Assembly: GCA_022798105.1 (NCBI GenBank) | Contig: JAAWLV010000001.1 | Span: 409 to 64,408, forward strand | Source: Hungatella sp. | Lineage (GTDB): Bacteria; Bacillota; Clostridia; Lachnospirales; Lachnospiraceae | Direction: 5' to 3' | Length of the DNA: 64,000 nucleotides | In this document: piece after piece, positions 37,003 through 47,765 of the stretch | How the letters are laid out: each line of letters starts with the position of its first letter | How positions within the stretch are numbered: the first letter of the stretch is position 1 | Notes under the pieces: generated by a model | Seen by the model: only the letters and a program-made list of their open reading frames with translations | Database searches by the model: none | What the model was told of the DNA's origin: nothing | Translations under genes and position numbers: made by a program

Positions 37003-37033
37003 ACTCGTTCTCCTTGATGATTGATTTTACACA

Positions 37034-37402
37034 TTAAATCTTGTCTGCGGAAGAAGTTTCCAGACGCTTCAGTTCTTCTTCGTCTGCCTTCTCCTCCTTG
37101 ATCTCCCAGTGGATGAGGAAAGTCAAAGCTGCCCTGAGGATGATGATAGCGGCAACTGTGGCGATTTCGGCAAGATCGCGGACGATTACCGTACGGAGGA
37201 TCTCGCTTCCAAGCTTAAACTCCAATCCCAGTGCCATACCGATGGCCAGGTTAAGGCGGATCTGAGGGCTTTTTTTCACATAGTCACGGATACCCTTAAG
37301 GCCTGCCAGTATAATGACAAATACACCTACAAACTCAAACCCCACAATGGCCATGTCCACCACATGTCTCAGCATCTCCTCCAATACCTTTAAAATTTCC
37401 AT
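37034..37402 (-). CDS. DUF1622-type small membrane protein
   Basis: LALGLEF-like MALGLEFKLGSEILRT and IILRAALTFLIHWEI. Confidence 0.8.
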   Translation of the reverse strand: MEILKVLEEMLRHVVDMAIVGFEFVGVFVIILAGLKGIRDYVKKSPQIRLNLAIGMALGLEFKLGSEILRTVIVRDLAEIATVAAIIILRAALTFLIHWEIKEEKADEEELKRLETSSADKI

Positions 37403-37484
37403 AAAGTACCCCTTTCCGCGGCTTTTATCCGCTGTAGTTGCAAGTTGGGTGGAGACAGTTTCTCATAAACAGGTAAAACAGGTG

Positions 37485-38585
37485 TTAATTAGACTTTACT
37501 TCTTTCCAAAGATCATTGTAGATACTGTCCACCTCATTTCCAAGATACTGGAATACCTCGCAGTTGTCAAGCGATTCTATATCCGGAAACAAGGCTTTGT
37601 TGTTCTTCAGATCCTCGTCCAGCAGCTCGAAAGCCCCCTTATTAGGCGTGGCATAGGTAATATATTCAAAATTCATCTTGGCGATCTCCGGACGGCACAG
37701 GAAATTGATCCAGGCTTCCGCGTTTTCCTTATTTTTGGCATTGGCCGGAATTACCCAGGAGTCGATCCATACATTGGTGCCTTCTTCCGGGAGTACGTAT
37801 TCCAGGTCATAATCCAGCCCCTGGGCCGCCACTTCCTCCTGAATATAGAGCATCTCCCCGGAGTAGATAACGCCCACGGCAGCTTCCCCGCCGATCATCT
37901 TATCCCTTACCTGGTCGATGACATAGGCCTGAACCAACGGTTTCTGCCGGATCAGCAGATCCCTGGCCTGGCCAAGCTCCGCCTCGTTTTCCGAGTTCAT
38001 GGAATATCCCAGGGATTTTAAAGCGACCATAAACGCGTCACGGACGCTGTCCTGCATCAGGATCTCGCCGTTGAATTTTTCGTCCCACAGATCAGACCAG
38101 CGGGTGGGAACATCCTCAGGAGCCACCATGCCCGTGTTGTAGAGAATGCCTACGGTGCCCCAGCAGTAGGGAACCGAGTATTTATTTTCCGGATCAAAGC
38201 TTTTGGAGCGTTCCATGTAGAGGGGATCGATCTGGCTGACATTGGGAATATTGTCAAAGTTAAGTTCCGCCAGCATGTTGTTTTCAACCATCTTCTGAAT
38301 CATATAGTCAGACGGGCAGACGACATCATAGGTTCTGCCTCCCGCCTCAATGACCGGGTACATGTCCTCATTGGTCTCAAACATATCATAGATGACCTTG
38401 ATTCCGGTTTCCTCCTCAAACATGGAGATAACCTCCTCGTCGATGTATTCGCCCCAGTTGTACACATACACTTCCCCGGCGCCCCCCTGGCTGCCGGAAG
38501 CGTCTGTCTTGCCGCCGCAGCCGGACAAGACTGCGGATGCGCCCAGGATAAGGGATAATGCCATAGCAAAGGTGTTTTTTTTCAT
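37485..38585 (-). CDS. potD: Spermidine/putrescine ABC transporter substrate-binding lipoprotein
   Basis: LSGC lipobox, YNWGEYID, PSDYM and WIDSWVIP. Confidence 0.93.
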   Translation of the reverse strand: MKKNTFAMALSLILGASAVLSGCGGKTDASGSQGGAGEVYVYNWGEYIDEEVISMFEEETGIKVIYDMFETNEDMYPVIEAGGRTYDVVCPSDYMIQKMVENNMLAELNFDNIPNVSQIDPLYMERSKSFDPENKYSVPYCWGTVGILYNTGMVAPEDVPTRWSDLWDEKFNGEILMQDSVRDAFMVALKSLGYSMNSENEAELGQARDLLIRQKPLVQAYVIDQVRDKMIGGEAAVGVIYSGEMLYIQEEVAAQGLDYDLEYVLPEEGTNVWIDSWVIPANAKNKENAEAWINFLCRPEIAKMNFEYITYATPNKGAFELLDEDLKNNKALFPDIESLDNCEVFQYLGNEVDSIYNDLWKEVKSN

Positions 38586-38614
38586 AATCTTACTCCTCCG
38601 TGTATTTTCTTTTA

Positions 38615-39412
38615 TTAATGCCCCTCCTGTTTTTTATGAGGCGCAAAATTTGTGATGATCAGCAGCACCAGAACCGTTACAAAAATAATCGTGGACAACG
38701 CGTACATAGACGGCTTGATGCCCCGCCGTACCTCGCTGTAGATCAGGGTGGAGAGTGTGTTGATCCCTGCCCCCTTGGTGAAGTGGGTGATGATAAAATC
38801 GTCAAGGGACATGGTAAAGGCCAGAAGAAATCCTGACAGTACCCCGGGCAGGATATCCGGAAACACCACCTTAAAAAACGCGTATACCGGAGATGCTCCC
38901 AGATCCATAGCCGCCTCGTAAACACTTTTATTGGTCTGCTTTAACTTGGGCATGACGCTTAAGATCACATAAGGGATATTAAAGGTAATGTGAGCAATCA
39001 ATATCGTCTTAAAGCCCAGGGAAATTCCGAAGGCGATAAAGGCCAGCATCAGGGAGATGCCGGTGACGATGTCCGCATTCAGCATGGGTATGTTGGTGAT
39101 GCCCATGATCACGGTCCTTGGAAGGGGTTTCATGGTGTTGATGGCAATGGCTGCCGCTGTGCCGATGATTGTGGCCAAAAGGGCCGAGGCAAAGGCGATG
39201 ACCAGGGTATTTTGCAGCGCGGTCATAATGGTGGCGCTTTTAAACATCTCCCCATACCAGCGCAGGGTAAATCCCCCCCACTGGGTACGGGATTTGGAGT
39301 TGCTAAAGGACAGTACCATCAGGGTGGCGATAGGCGCATAAAGGAATACCATGATAAGCACCAGATAGAAATTTTCCACAAGTCTTTTAAAACTGTCTTT
39401 CGTACGTTTCAT
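38615..39412 (-). CDS. potC: Polyamine ABC permease
   Basis: FTMSLDDF and YEAAMDLGA, plus operon context. Confidence 0.9.
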   Translation of the reverse strand: MKRTKDSFKRLVENFYLVLIMVFLYAPIATLMVLSFSNSKSRTQWGGFTLRWYGEMFKSATIMTALQNTLVIAFASALLATIIGTAAAIAINTMKPLPRTVIMGITNIPMLNADIVTGISLMLAFIAFGISLGFKTILIAHITFNIPYVILSVMPKLKQTNKSVYEAAMDLGASPVYAFFKVVFPDILPGVLSGFLLAFTMSLDDFIITHFTKGAGINTLSTLIYSEVRRGIKPSMYALSTIIFVTVLVLLIITNFAPHKKQEGH

Positions 39413-40224
39413 CAGAATGAGCTGCCCTCCCCGTTTTTATCGTATTTGGCGATGAGAGCCATGCTGGCCAGGATAAACACCATCAAAACCAGGGACAGGC
39501 CGGATCCCAAATGCCAGTTGCTTCCCTTTGTAAATTCCTGCTCGATTACATTGCCGATAAGGAGAATCTTGCTTCCGCCAAGCAGATTGGAGATGACGAA
39601 GGTGGTCAGGGCAGGCACAAAAACCATGGTGATGCCGCTGATAATGCCGGGAACGCTCAGAGGGAACCAGATGAGCAGAAGGGTCTGCCAGAAGTTGGCT
39701 CCCAGATCATGGGCGGCGTTTATGGTGTTGTCGTCAATCTTGCACAGTACATTGTAAATGGGCAGGACCATAAAAGGCAGGAAATTGTAGACCATACCCA
39801 GGACAATGGCCCCCGGCGTGTTGATAAGGGACTGGGTGGGCAGATGAAGGGCGGACAGGATGCCGTTGATAACCCCGTTCCGCTCCAGAAGGGTCTGCCA
39901 GGCAAGGGTCCTTAAAAGAAAATTCATCCACATGGGCAGTATGAAGATAAACACCACAAAACTGCCTTTCCCGATTCCCCGTTTTCTCAAAACCATTGCC
40001 AGAGGGTAGGCCAGGAGCAGGCATACCAGGGTGCTGATAAAGGACAGCCCCAGAGACAGCCACAAGGCCTTTGCATGTTCCGCCGTGGCGATGGAGACGA
40101 CGTTGGCCAGGGTGAACGCTCCCGTCCGGTCGGTGAGCCCGTAATACACAATAAGGATCAGGGGAATTACCGTAAAACCAACCATCCATATAAGGTAAGG
40201 GCCGGATAATAATTTTTTACTCAT
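39412..40224 (-). CDS. potB: Polyamine ABC permease
   Basis: [10 protein letters not shown] and [12 protein letters not shown]. Confidence 0.9.
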   Translation of the reverse strand: MSKKLLSGPYLIWMVGFTVIPLILIVYYGLTDRTGAFTLANVVSIATAEHAKALWLSLGLSFISTLVCLLLAYPLAMVLRKRGIGKGSFVVFIFILPMWMNFLLRTLAWQTLLERNGVINGILSALHLPTQSLINTPGAIVLGMVYNFLPFMVLPIYNVLCKIDDNTINAAHDLGANFWQTLLLIWFPLSVPGIISGITMVFVPALTTFVISNLLGGSKILLIGNVIEQEFTKGSNWHLGSGLSLVLMVFILASMALIAKYDKNGEGSSF

Positions 40225-41290
40225 TGACTCCCACGGCCTCCTCATCCTCTGAAGCAGGTTTATTCATGATCTGAATGTCAAAGGGGTCAACGTGAATGCC
40301 CACTTTCCTGCCCACAGGGCACATATCCGTAGAGTGGACCAGCCACTCGAAGCCGTCGGGGGTGGTGACTTCCATCTCGTAGTGTACTCCTTTGAAGATC
40401 AGATGGGTACAGACTCCTGTCAGTGAGCCTTCCTCAGGGCTTACCAGGTCGATATCCTCAGGCCGGATGACCACATCCACCGGGGAATTGGTGCCGAAGC
40501 CTTTATCCACACATGGGAATTTGGCCCCGAAAATTTCCACCAGTTCGTCCCTGAGCATGGTGCCGTGGAGGATATTGCTCTCCCCGATAAAGTCTGCCAC
40601 AAAGGCATTTTCCGGCTCATTGTAGATCTGCTCGGGGGTGCCCGTCTGCTGGATATACCCCTGGTTCATGACCACAATGGTATCGGACATGGTCAGGGCT
40701 TCTTCCTGATCGTGGGTCACGTAGATAAAGGTGATGCCCAGCTCGTTTTTCAGACGGATGAGTTCATACTGCATATCCTGGCGGAGTTTTAAGTCCAAAG
40801 CTCCCAGGGGCTCATCTAAAAGAAGAACTCTGGGCTCATTGACAATGGCCCTGGCAATGGCAATGCGCTGCTGCTGGCCGCCGCTTAAAGAGTCCACGCT
40901 GCGGTTCTCGTAGCCGTCTAAGTTTACCAGTTTTAAGGCGTACTTAATCTTATCCTGTATGTAGGATTTTGGTTTATTTTTGATCTTAAGGCCAAAAGCG
41001 ATGTTTTCCGCAATATTCATGTGGGTGAACAGGGCATACTTCTGAAAGACCGTATTCAGCTGCCGCTTGTTGGGGGGCAGGTTTGAAATGTCCTGACCGT
41101 CAAAGATGACCTTGCCTGCGTCCGCCCGCTCAAAGCCGCCGATGATGCGCAGGGTGGTGGTCTTGCCGCAGCCGCTGGGGCCTAACAGGGTGACAAAGGT
41201 GTTCTCTTTCACGGAGAGGTTTAAATCATCCAATACCAGAGTCCCGTCAAAACTTTTGGACACATTGATCAAATCGATGAGACTGCTCAT
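40217..41290 (-). CDS. potA: Polyamine ABC ATPase
   Basis: [22 protein letters not shown] and a TOBE tail. Confidence 0.93.
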   Translation of the reverse strand: MSSLIDLINVSKSFDGTLVLDDLNLSVKENTFVTLLGPSGCGKTTTLRIIGGFERADAGKVIFDGQDISNLPPNKRQLNTVFQKYALFTHMNIAENIAFGLKIKNKPKSYIQDKIKYALKLVNLDGYENRSVDSLSGGQQQRIAIARAIVNEPRVLLLDEPLGALDLKLRQDMQYELIRLKNELGITFIYVTHDQEEALTMSDTIVVMNQGYIQQTGTPEQIYNEPENAFVADFIGESNILHGTMLRDELVEIFGAKFPCVDKGFGTNSPVDVVIRPEDIDLVSPEEGSLTGVCTHLIFKGVHYEMEVTTPDGFEWLVHSTDMCPVGRKVGIHVDPFDIQIMNKPASEDEEAVGVNE

Positions 41291-41329
41291 ATGGTTTCCT
41301 CCTGATTTCATTAAGTAAAGGTATGAGGG

Positions 41330-41863
41330 TTAGAAACTTGGCGGGGAGCTGACCCAGAGAATCACGGCGCCCGCCTTGCTGGTCAGGTAATGCTTTTTAT
41401 CGGGGACAAAGTAAAAGGACTCCCCTTTTTTGGCCTTGTAGACTTTGTTTCCAAGGTGAATGGCCACGGTTCCCTGGAGCACATAGCCGAACTCCTCCCC
41501 CTCGTGGGGATTGTCGGGATAGGTTTCCCCTCCCGGCTCCAAAGTCAGCATGATAGGTTCCATAACGTTTTTCTGGGCGTTGGGGATGATCCACTTGACC
41601 TCGTTTTTTAACTCGGAATCTACTTTTTCGAAATAATCGGCTTTTCCGAAAACAATCTGTTCTTCCGGAGTTTCGTTGAAAAATTCTCCGATGGTGGTGC
41701 CCAGACACTGGAGGATATCCATAAGGGTGGCAATGGAAGGGGAGGTCAGATTCCGTTCCAGCTGGGAGATGAATCCCTTTGACAGCTCCGCCCGGTCCGC
41801 CAGCTCCTCCTGGGTCAGCCCCTTAAGGATACGAAGCTCTTTCAGTTTTAAACCGATATCCAT
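41330..41863 (-). CDS. XRE-HTH plus cupin regulator (PuuR-like) of the pot operon
   Basis: LTQEELADRAELSKGFISQLER and PHEGEEFGYVLQG. Start at 41863 after AAGGAG. Confidence 0.9.
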   Translation of the reverse strand: MDIGLKLKELRILKGLTQEELADRAELSKGFISQLERNLTSPSIATLMDILQCLGTTIGEFFNETPEEQIVFGKADYFEKVDSELKNEVKWIIPNAQKNVMEPIMLTLEPGGETYPDNPHEGEEFGYVLQGTVAIHLGNKVYKAKKGESFYFVPDKKHYLTSKAGAVILWVSSPPSF

Positions 41864-41968
41864 GGCTTGCTCCTTTCCCTGCCGGCTTTGCCGGCCTGCA
41901 CAGGAATCCGGACAGGACTTGCGCCGTCTGAATCCCGTTAAGGTAATCTTAGGTAATCCGAACAAAAA

Positions 41969-42065
41969 GTTTACTAATACTAACTGATACCAAATATAAT
42001 CTTAAAGTTTAGTAATAATAAACAAAGTGCAAATACCATTATACAGAAAAATATATCGCTGTCAA
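41969..42065 (-). promoter_or_regulatory. pot operon promoter and two pseudo-palindromic operator candidates
   Basis: On the minus strand: TTGACA (42065-42060), 16 nt, TATAAT (42043-42038). GTTTACTAATACTAACT at 41969 and GTTTAGTAATAATAAAC at 42007. Confidence 0.6.
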
Positions 42066-42136
42066 TAGATTTTTTGGGAAATCTATGATATTATATCCTT
42101 AAGTAAAAATAAGAGGTGTTCAGGAGGATTAGTAAG

Positions 42137-43186
42137 ATGAAGGGTGTATATATGGCCTATGTAGGTTCCTACTCCTACACAGGCAATGCAAAGGGAATCA
42201 CGGTTTATGATGTGGACGTGGAAAACGGCCGGTTTAAAGAGCGCTGCGAGATGGAGATTGACAATTCCTCTTATCTGGTGCCGGCGGTCAACGGCAAGAC
42301 TCTGTACTCCATCGCGGACGAAGGGGTCGTTTCTTACCGGATCCACGAAAACGGAAGCATTACGAAACTGAATATGGCTAATATCCGGGGGATGAGGGGA
42401 TGTCAGCTGTCTGTGGAACCGGAGGGGAAATACCTGTTTGTATCCGGATACCATGACGGTAAATCCACGGTGATGCACCTGAATCCGGACGGCACCATCG
42501 GAAGGATTGCCGCCGGGGTGTACCACAAGGGGCTGGGCAGCGTGGCGGAGAGAACGTTCCGTCCTCATATCAGCTGCACCCGTCTGACCCCGGACAGGAA
42601 GTTTGTCATGGTGGCGGATCTGGGGGTTGACCAGGTGAAGGTGTACAGATTTACGGACGATCAGCTGATGCTGGTGGACACGATTCCCTGCGATCTGGAG
42701 TCAGCTCCAAGGCATTTTATTTTCAGCGCGGACGGGAAATTTATTTACCTGATGTATGAGGTTAAGAACGTTATTGACGTGTATACTTATGAGACAGGGA
42801 AGCGGTCCCCGAAGATTGAAAAGATTCAGACCATACCCACCACAGGTTCTAAGCGGTTAAGTCAGCTGACGGCGGCCTGCGCTATCCGGTTCTCGCCGGA
42901 CGAGAAGCATCTGTTCTGCAGCAATGCGGGGGATAACACGGTGAGTATTTTCAACAGGGATCCGGAGACCGGTTTCCTTTCGCTGTTGTGCTGCCTGCCT
43001 ATCAGCGGGGATTATCCGAAGGATATCGCCATATTTCCCGATGATAAGCATCTTGCTTCTTTTAACCATGAGACGGGAACGATTACGTTTTTCCATATAG
43101 ATTATGAGAAGGGGCTTCTGGTTATGTGCGGAAGGCCTATGAAGGTGGATGAGCCGAACTGCTGCGCCATTGTAAAGGTGCGGTAA
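42137..43186 (+). CDS. pgl: 6-phosphogluconolactonase-family beta-propeller lactonase
   Basis: AYVGSY, ADLGVDQ, APRHF and GDYPKD. Confidence 0.8.
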   Translation: MKGVYMAYVGSYSYTGNAKGITVYDVDVENGRFKERCEMEIDNSSYLVPAVNGKTLYSIADEGVVSYRIHENGSITKLNMANIRGMRGCQLSVEPEGKYLFVSGYHDGKSTVMHLNPDGTIGRIAAGVYHKGLGSVAERTFRPHISCTRLTPDRKFVMVADLGVDQVKVYRFTDDQLMLVDTIPCDLESAPRHFIFSADGKFIYLMYEVKNVIDVYTYETGKRSPKIEKIQTIPTTGSKRLSQLTAACAIRFSPDEKHLFCSNAGDNTVSIFNRDPETGFLSLLCCLPISGDYPKDIAIFPDDKHLASFNHETGTITFFHIDYEKGLLVMCGRPMKVDEPNCCAIVKVR

Positions 43187-43220
43187 AGGCGGAGACGACA
43201 GAGAGACGGAGGATTTCAGT

Positions 43221-44324
43221 ATGGCTGGTTCGACATGGGGAACGCTGCTTACCATGACCACATGGGGGGAATCCCATGGAAAGGGGCTGGGGGTTGTAGT
43301 CGACGGATGCCCGGCAGGGATGGCCCTGTGTGAGGAGGACATACAGACGTATCTTGATCGCAGAAAACCCGGACAGAGCAGATTTACCACAATGCGCCGG
43401 GAAGGTGATGAGGTGGAGATTCTGTCGGGAGTCTTTGAGGGCAGAACCACAGGAACTCCTGTGGCCATGGTAGTGCGCAATACGGATCAGAGATCTCATG
43501 ATTATGACGGAATTAAGGATTTGTACCGGCCCGGTCATGGGGATTTTACGTTTGATGCAAAATATGGATTTCGGGATTACCGGGGCGGCGGACGATCCTC
43601 CGGCCGGGAGACCATATCCCGTGTGGCGGCAGGGGCTGTTGCCGCAAAATTTCTGGAAAGTCTGGGAATTAAGACGGCGGCCTACACCAAATCCATAGGA
43701 AGCATAGAGGCCGCCCCGGAGCGGTTTCAGATGGAAGAGCGGTTTATGAACCGCCTGTGTATGCCTGACGCCCAGGCAGCGGCCCGGGCGGAGGAATATC
43801 TGGAGCAGGTGATGAGCCGGGGAGATTCTGCCGGAGGAGTGGCAGAATGTATCATTGACGGCCTTCCGGCAGGGATCGGGGAACCGGTTTTTGAAAAGCT
43901 GGATGCCAGGCTGGCCCATGCCCTTATGTCCATCGGGGGAGTAAAAGGGGTGGAGATTGGGGACGGATTTCGCGCGTCGGAAAGTGTGGGCTCCGCCAAT
44001 AACGACAGTTTCATAAAAGCCGGGGACAATGTCATAACTAAGAGAACCAACCACTCAGGAGGGATTCTGGGAGGTATCAGCGACGGAAGCAGGGTGGTGG
44101 CGCGGGCGGCCTTTAAACCCACACCCTCGATTTCATGTGTTCAGAGGACTGTGAACCGTCAGGGGGAAGAGGTGGAGACCGTGATAAAGGGACGCCATGA
44201 TCCCATTATAGTTCCCAGGGCTGTGGTGGTGGTGGAGGCGATGGCGGCATTTACCGCGGCAGATGTTTTGCTCTGCAGCATGAGTTCCAGGCTGGACAGG
44301 ATCCAGAGGTTTTTTGGAGTATAG
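43221..44324 (+). CDS. aroC: Chorismate synthase
   Basis: GESHG, RPGH, GGRSSGRET, FKPTPSI and RHDP. Confidence 0.96.
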   Translation: MAGSTWGTLLTMTTWGESHGKGLGVVVDGCPAGMALCEEDIQTYLDRRKPGQSRFTTMRREGDEVEILSGVFEGRTTGTPVAMVVRNTDQRSHDYDGIKDLYRPGHGDFTFDAKYGFRDYRGGGRSSGRETISRVAAGAVAAKFLESLGIKTAAYTKSIGSIEAAPERFQMEERFMNRLCMPDAQAAARAEEYLEQVMSRGDSAGGVAECIIDGLPAGIGEPVFEKLDARLAHALMSIGGVKGVEIGDGFRASESVGSANNDSFIKAGDNVITKRTNHSGGILGGISDGSRVVARAAFKPTPSISCVQRTVNRQGEEVETVIKGRHDPIIVPRAVVVVEAMAAFTAADVLLCSMSSRLDRIQRFFGV

Positions 44325-44357
44325 CCAGAGGCTGATAAAGACAAGGAGAATACTTTT

Positions 44358-44798
44358 ATGAAAATAGCAATCAGCAATGATCATACGGCTGTGGAGATGA
44401 AGAAAGCGATTAAGGCCCACCTTATGGATCGGGGGATTCAGGTAACGGATATGGGAACCGATTCTCCGGAAAGCTGCGATTATCCCATATACGGAGAAAA
44501 GGTGGGAAGAGCCGTGGCGTCGGGGGAGGCGGATTTGGGAATCGTAATCTGCGGAACCGGCGTGGGGATTTCCATGGCGGCCAACAAAGTGAAAGGAATC
44601 CGGGCCTGCGTGTGCAGCGAGCCCTGCACCGCCCGCCTGTCCAGAATGCACAATGATTCCAACGTGCTGGGATTTGGGGCCAGGATTATCGGCATTGAGA
44701 TGGCAAAGATGATTACAGATGCATGGCTTGACGCGGAGTATGAGGGCGGAAGGCACCAGAGACGAGTAGATCAGCTGATGGAGATTGAGAATCGATGA
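44358..44798 (+). CDS. rpiB: Ribose-5-phosphate isomerase B
   Basis: NDH, CGTGVG, HNDSN and GGRH. Confidence 0.93.
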   Translation: MKIAISNDHTAVEMKKAIKAHLMDRGIQVTDMGTDSPESCDYPIYGEKVGRAVASGEADLGIVICGTGVGISMAANKVKGIRACVCSEPCTARLSRMHNDSNVLGFGARIIGIEMAKMITDAWLDAEYEGGRHQRRVDQLMEIENR

Positions 44799-45760
44799 AA
44801 AAAATCATAGTGACCATACCTGTTGAGGACAGGCATAAAGAATATCTGGAGAGAATCGGAGCCGGGTGTGAGTTTTATTACACTTCGGCTTCTGCCGTAA
44901 CCGGGGATGAGATCCGAAAGGCAGACATCATCATAGGTAATGTAAGCCGGCGTATGTTAAAGGACGCTGAAAAACTCCGGTGGATACAGTTAAATTCCGC
45001 CGGATCGGACAATTACTGCGAGGCCGGCATTTTAAGGCCCGGTGTCGTACTGACCAACGCCACAGGGGCCTACGGTCTTGCCATTTCCGAATATATGGTA
45101 GGGATGTCCTTCTTGCTGCAGAACAAATTTTACCGGTATTACCACAACCAGCTGAACGGTTTGTGGAAGGATGAGGGGAATGTAACCTCCGTGTGGGGTT
45201 CAACGGTTCTGGCAGTGGGGCTTGGGGATATCGGCGGAGAGTACGCAAAGAGGATGAAAGCTCTGGGAAGCTATACCATAGGTGTCAGAAGGACGAAAGG
45301 GGACAAGCCGGATTATCTGGATGAGATTCACACGGTGGACAGCCTGGACGAACTGATCCCCAGAGCGGATTTTGTGGCGCTTTCCCTTCCCAACAGTCCA
45401 AAGACCTACCATATTATGGATGAGCGGCGGCTGCGGCTGATGAAGTCCGGAGCATATCTTATCAATGTGGGAAGGGGCAGCGCCATTGACGGGGATGCTC
45501 TGTGCAGGGTTCTTGAGGAGGGGCACTTGGGCGGCTGCGGTGTGGATGTGACGGATCCGGAGCCTCTGCCGGGAGATCATCCTCTGTGGAAGGCTCCAAG
45601 GATGGTGATCACGCCGCATATTTCCGGACAGTATCATCTTAAAGAGACCTTTGAGAGGATTGTGGCTATCGCAGGGGAGAATCTGGAAAAATTTTTGGCC
45701 GGAGATGTGGACGGTATGAAGAACCTGGTGGATTTTGCCACCGGGTACCGGAGGAGATAA
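44795..45760 (+). CDS. D-2-hydroxyacid dehydrogenase family protein
   Basis: GLGDIG, INVGRG, DPEPL and TPHISG. Confidence 0.9.
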   Translation: MKKIIVTIPVEDRHKEYLERIGAGCEFYYTSASAVTGDEIRKADIIIGNVSRRMLKDAEKLRWIQLNSAGSDNYCEAGILRPGVVLTNATGAYGLAISEYMVGMSFLLQNKFYRYYHNQLNGLWKDEGNVTSVWGSTVLAVGLGDIGGEYAKRMKALGSYTIGVRRTKGDKPDYLDEIHTVDSLDELIPRADFVALSLPNSPKTYHIMDERRLRLMKSGAYLINVGRGSAIDGDALCRVLEEGHLGGCGVDVTDPEPLPGDHPLWKAPRMVITPHISGQYHLKETFERIVAIAGENLEKFLAGDVDGMKNLVDFATGYRRR

Positions 45761-45781
45761 GGAAAAGGAGCCTGTTTTTGT

Positions 45782-46774
45782 ATGAATATTGTTTATGCGT
45801 CAAATGATGCCTATGCCAGGCATCTGGGAACCTCCATGTGTTCCCTGTTTGACAGAAACCGGCAGTGCGGGTCCGTTACCGTATACATCCTTTCGCTGGG
45901 ACTGACCCGGGACAGCATGAAAAAACTGGACAGCATTGCCGGCCGGTACGGCCGGAACCTGGTATTTATAGAGATGGGCAATTTAAAAGACAGGCTGGAT
46001 TTTCCCGTGGACACAGGCGGATACGACATCAGCATTATGAGCCGTCTGTTTATGGGCGAGGTGCTTCCCGGCCATGTGGACCGGGTTCTTTATCTGGACT
46101 GCGACACAGTGGTGGCCCAGTCCTTGCGCGGGCTGTGGGAGACAGATCTGGAGGGGAATATTATGGGGGCGGTTATGGAGCCTACCATCTATGAGGCTGT
46201 GAAGCAGTCTGTCGGACTGGACCGGGAACAGCCTTATTTTAATTCCGGCGTGCTTTTGGTGGATCTGGGACAGTGGAGGAAAGCGGGAGTTCAGGGAAAG
46301 CTTTTGAACTTTTGGAGGGAAAAAGGAGGAAAATTATTTGCCAGCGATCAGGATGTGCTCAACGGGGTTTTGAAAGGAGCCATTAAACCGTTAGATCCGC
46401 GGTATAATTTTTTCACCAATTACCGATATTTTTCTTATGAGGATTTGGCCAGGCACAGCGCTTCATACAGGGCAGTTACAGAGGAAATGTTTGTAAAGGC
46501 CAAGAGGCATCCGGCGGTTATCCATTATATGGGGGATGAAAGGCCGTGGATCCGCGGGAATTTAAACCATTACCGCAGAGCCTACGACAAATATCTGGCC
46601 CAAACCCCATGGGCCGGGACACCCAGGGAAAAGGGGAAGGAGCTGTATATGGCGGCTTACCATGGGCTGGATTACGCAACTGTCCTGTGGCCGGATTTAA
46701 GGTGGCTTATCAGCCGGAAGCTGGGCATGCGGATGGTGGAAGCCAGAGCCGAACGGAAAAGGAGTGGAAAATAA
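45782..46774 (+). CDS. GT8 glycosyltransferase
   Basis: LYLDCD, YFNSGVLL, DQDVLN and IHYMG..RPW. Confidence 0.92.
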   Translation: MNIVYASNDAYARHLGTSMCSLFDRNRQCGSVTVYILSLGLTRDSMKKLDSIAGRYGRNLVFIEMGNLKDRLDFPVDTGGYDISIMSRLFMGEVLPGHVDRVLYLDCDTVVAQSLRGLWETDLEGNIMGAVMEPTIYEAVKQSVGLDREQPYFNSGVLLVDLGQWRKAGVQGKLLNFWREKGGKLFASDQDVLNGVLKGAIKPLDPRYNFFTNYRYFSYEDLARHSASYRAVTEEMFVKAKRHPAVIHYMGDERPWIRGNLNHYRRAYDKYLAQTPWAGTPREKGKELYMAAYHGLDYATVLWPDLRWLISRKLGMRMVEARAERKRSGK

Positions 46775-47765
46775 CATGAAGGTTACGGTTCTCATGGCAG
46801 CCTATGAGGGCGGGACGTTTATTGAGCAGCAGCTGGATTCCATTTTGGCACAGACAATACCGGATATACAGATCATCATTTCCGACGACGGTTCCGGGGA
46901 CAATACCAGGGAGATCCTTGAAAAGTATGCAAGATGGTATCCCGGGCAGATTGTTTTGAGGCACCGGGTAAAAGAGGGGAAATACAGGGACAGGAAAGGA
47001 AAGGTGCCGCCGGCAGCCATGAATTTTTTCTGGCTGTTAAGCCAGGCCCGGGGAGATTATATCCTGTTCAGCGACCAGGATGATGTGTGGGAAAACCATA
47101 AAGTGAGGACGCTGCTTGGGCGGATGCGAAAGCTGGAGCAGACTCTGGGAAAGGGACATCCCATTTTAGTACATTCGGATATGAAGATAACAGATGAAAA
47201 TTTGAATATTATTTGCGGCAGTTTTTTCAGATATCAGCGGTGCAATCCGCACAGAGTGTCATTTTCGGAAATTTTGGCGGAGAATCCGGTGACGGGCGGG
47301 GCGGTTATGATAAACCGGGCGCTGGCGGATATGGTCACGGAAGTGCCGGAGTGCTGTTTTATGCACGATTGGTGGATTGCTTTGGCAGCATCCTGTTTTG
47401 GGACGCTCTCCTGCGTCAGACAACCTTTGTATCAGTACCGCCAGCATGGGGGCAATACGCTGGGAGCAAGCAGGACCGGCAGCCTGGAGGATATGAAACG
47501 GCGGGCCGCCAGGCAGGCGGCGGTGGAAAATAATTACCGGAAAATGTTTGCCCAGGCGGCAGCTTTCGGCAGAATGTATAAAGCCGGGATGACCGGAAAA
47601 CAGAAGAAGACGCTGAGGGCGTTTTTGATGCTCCCCGGGCAGTCCCGGACCGGCCGGCTTCGAAGTATTGTGAAAAACCGGTTTTATAAAAGCTCGCCGG
47701 TTCAGACCGCTGCCCAGTGCGTGACCATCCCCCGGATTTTGACAAAGAGGAGGTTCAGCCTATGA
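46764..47765 (+). CDS. GT2 glycosyltransferase (RgpB-like rhamnosyltransferase)
   Basis: LMAAYEG, SDDGS, SDQDDVW, MHDWW and YRQHGGN. The ATG at 46776 is an alternative start. Confidence 0.88.
   Translation: MENNMKVTVLMAAYEGGTFIEQQLDSILAQTIPDIQIIISDDGSGDNTREILEKYARWYPGQIVLRHRVKEGKYRDRKGKVPPAAMNFFWLLSQARGDYILFSDQDDVWENHKVRTLLGRMRKLEQTLGKGHPILVHSDMKITDENLNIICGSFFRYQRCNPHRVSFSEILAENPVTGGAVMINRALADMVTEVPECCFMHDWWIALAASCFGTLSCVRQPLYQYRQHGGNTLGASRTGSLEDMKRRAARQAAVENNYRKMFAQAAAFGRMYKAGMTGKQKKTLRAFLMLPGQSRTGRLRSIVKNRFYKSSPVQTAAQCVTIPRILTKRRFSL

Noticed and set aside
36166-37017. 283-aa antisense ORF mirroring the Cof hydrolase, and similar long antisense ORFs at 5276-6835, 7353-8309, 43137-44054, 56045-56983 and 62228-63259
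   Set aside because: Shadow ORFs expected from the codon bias of real genes on the opposite strand. No motifs or RBS.
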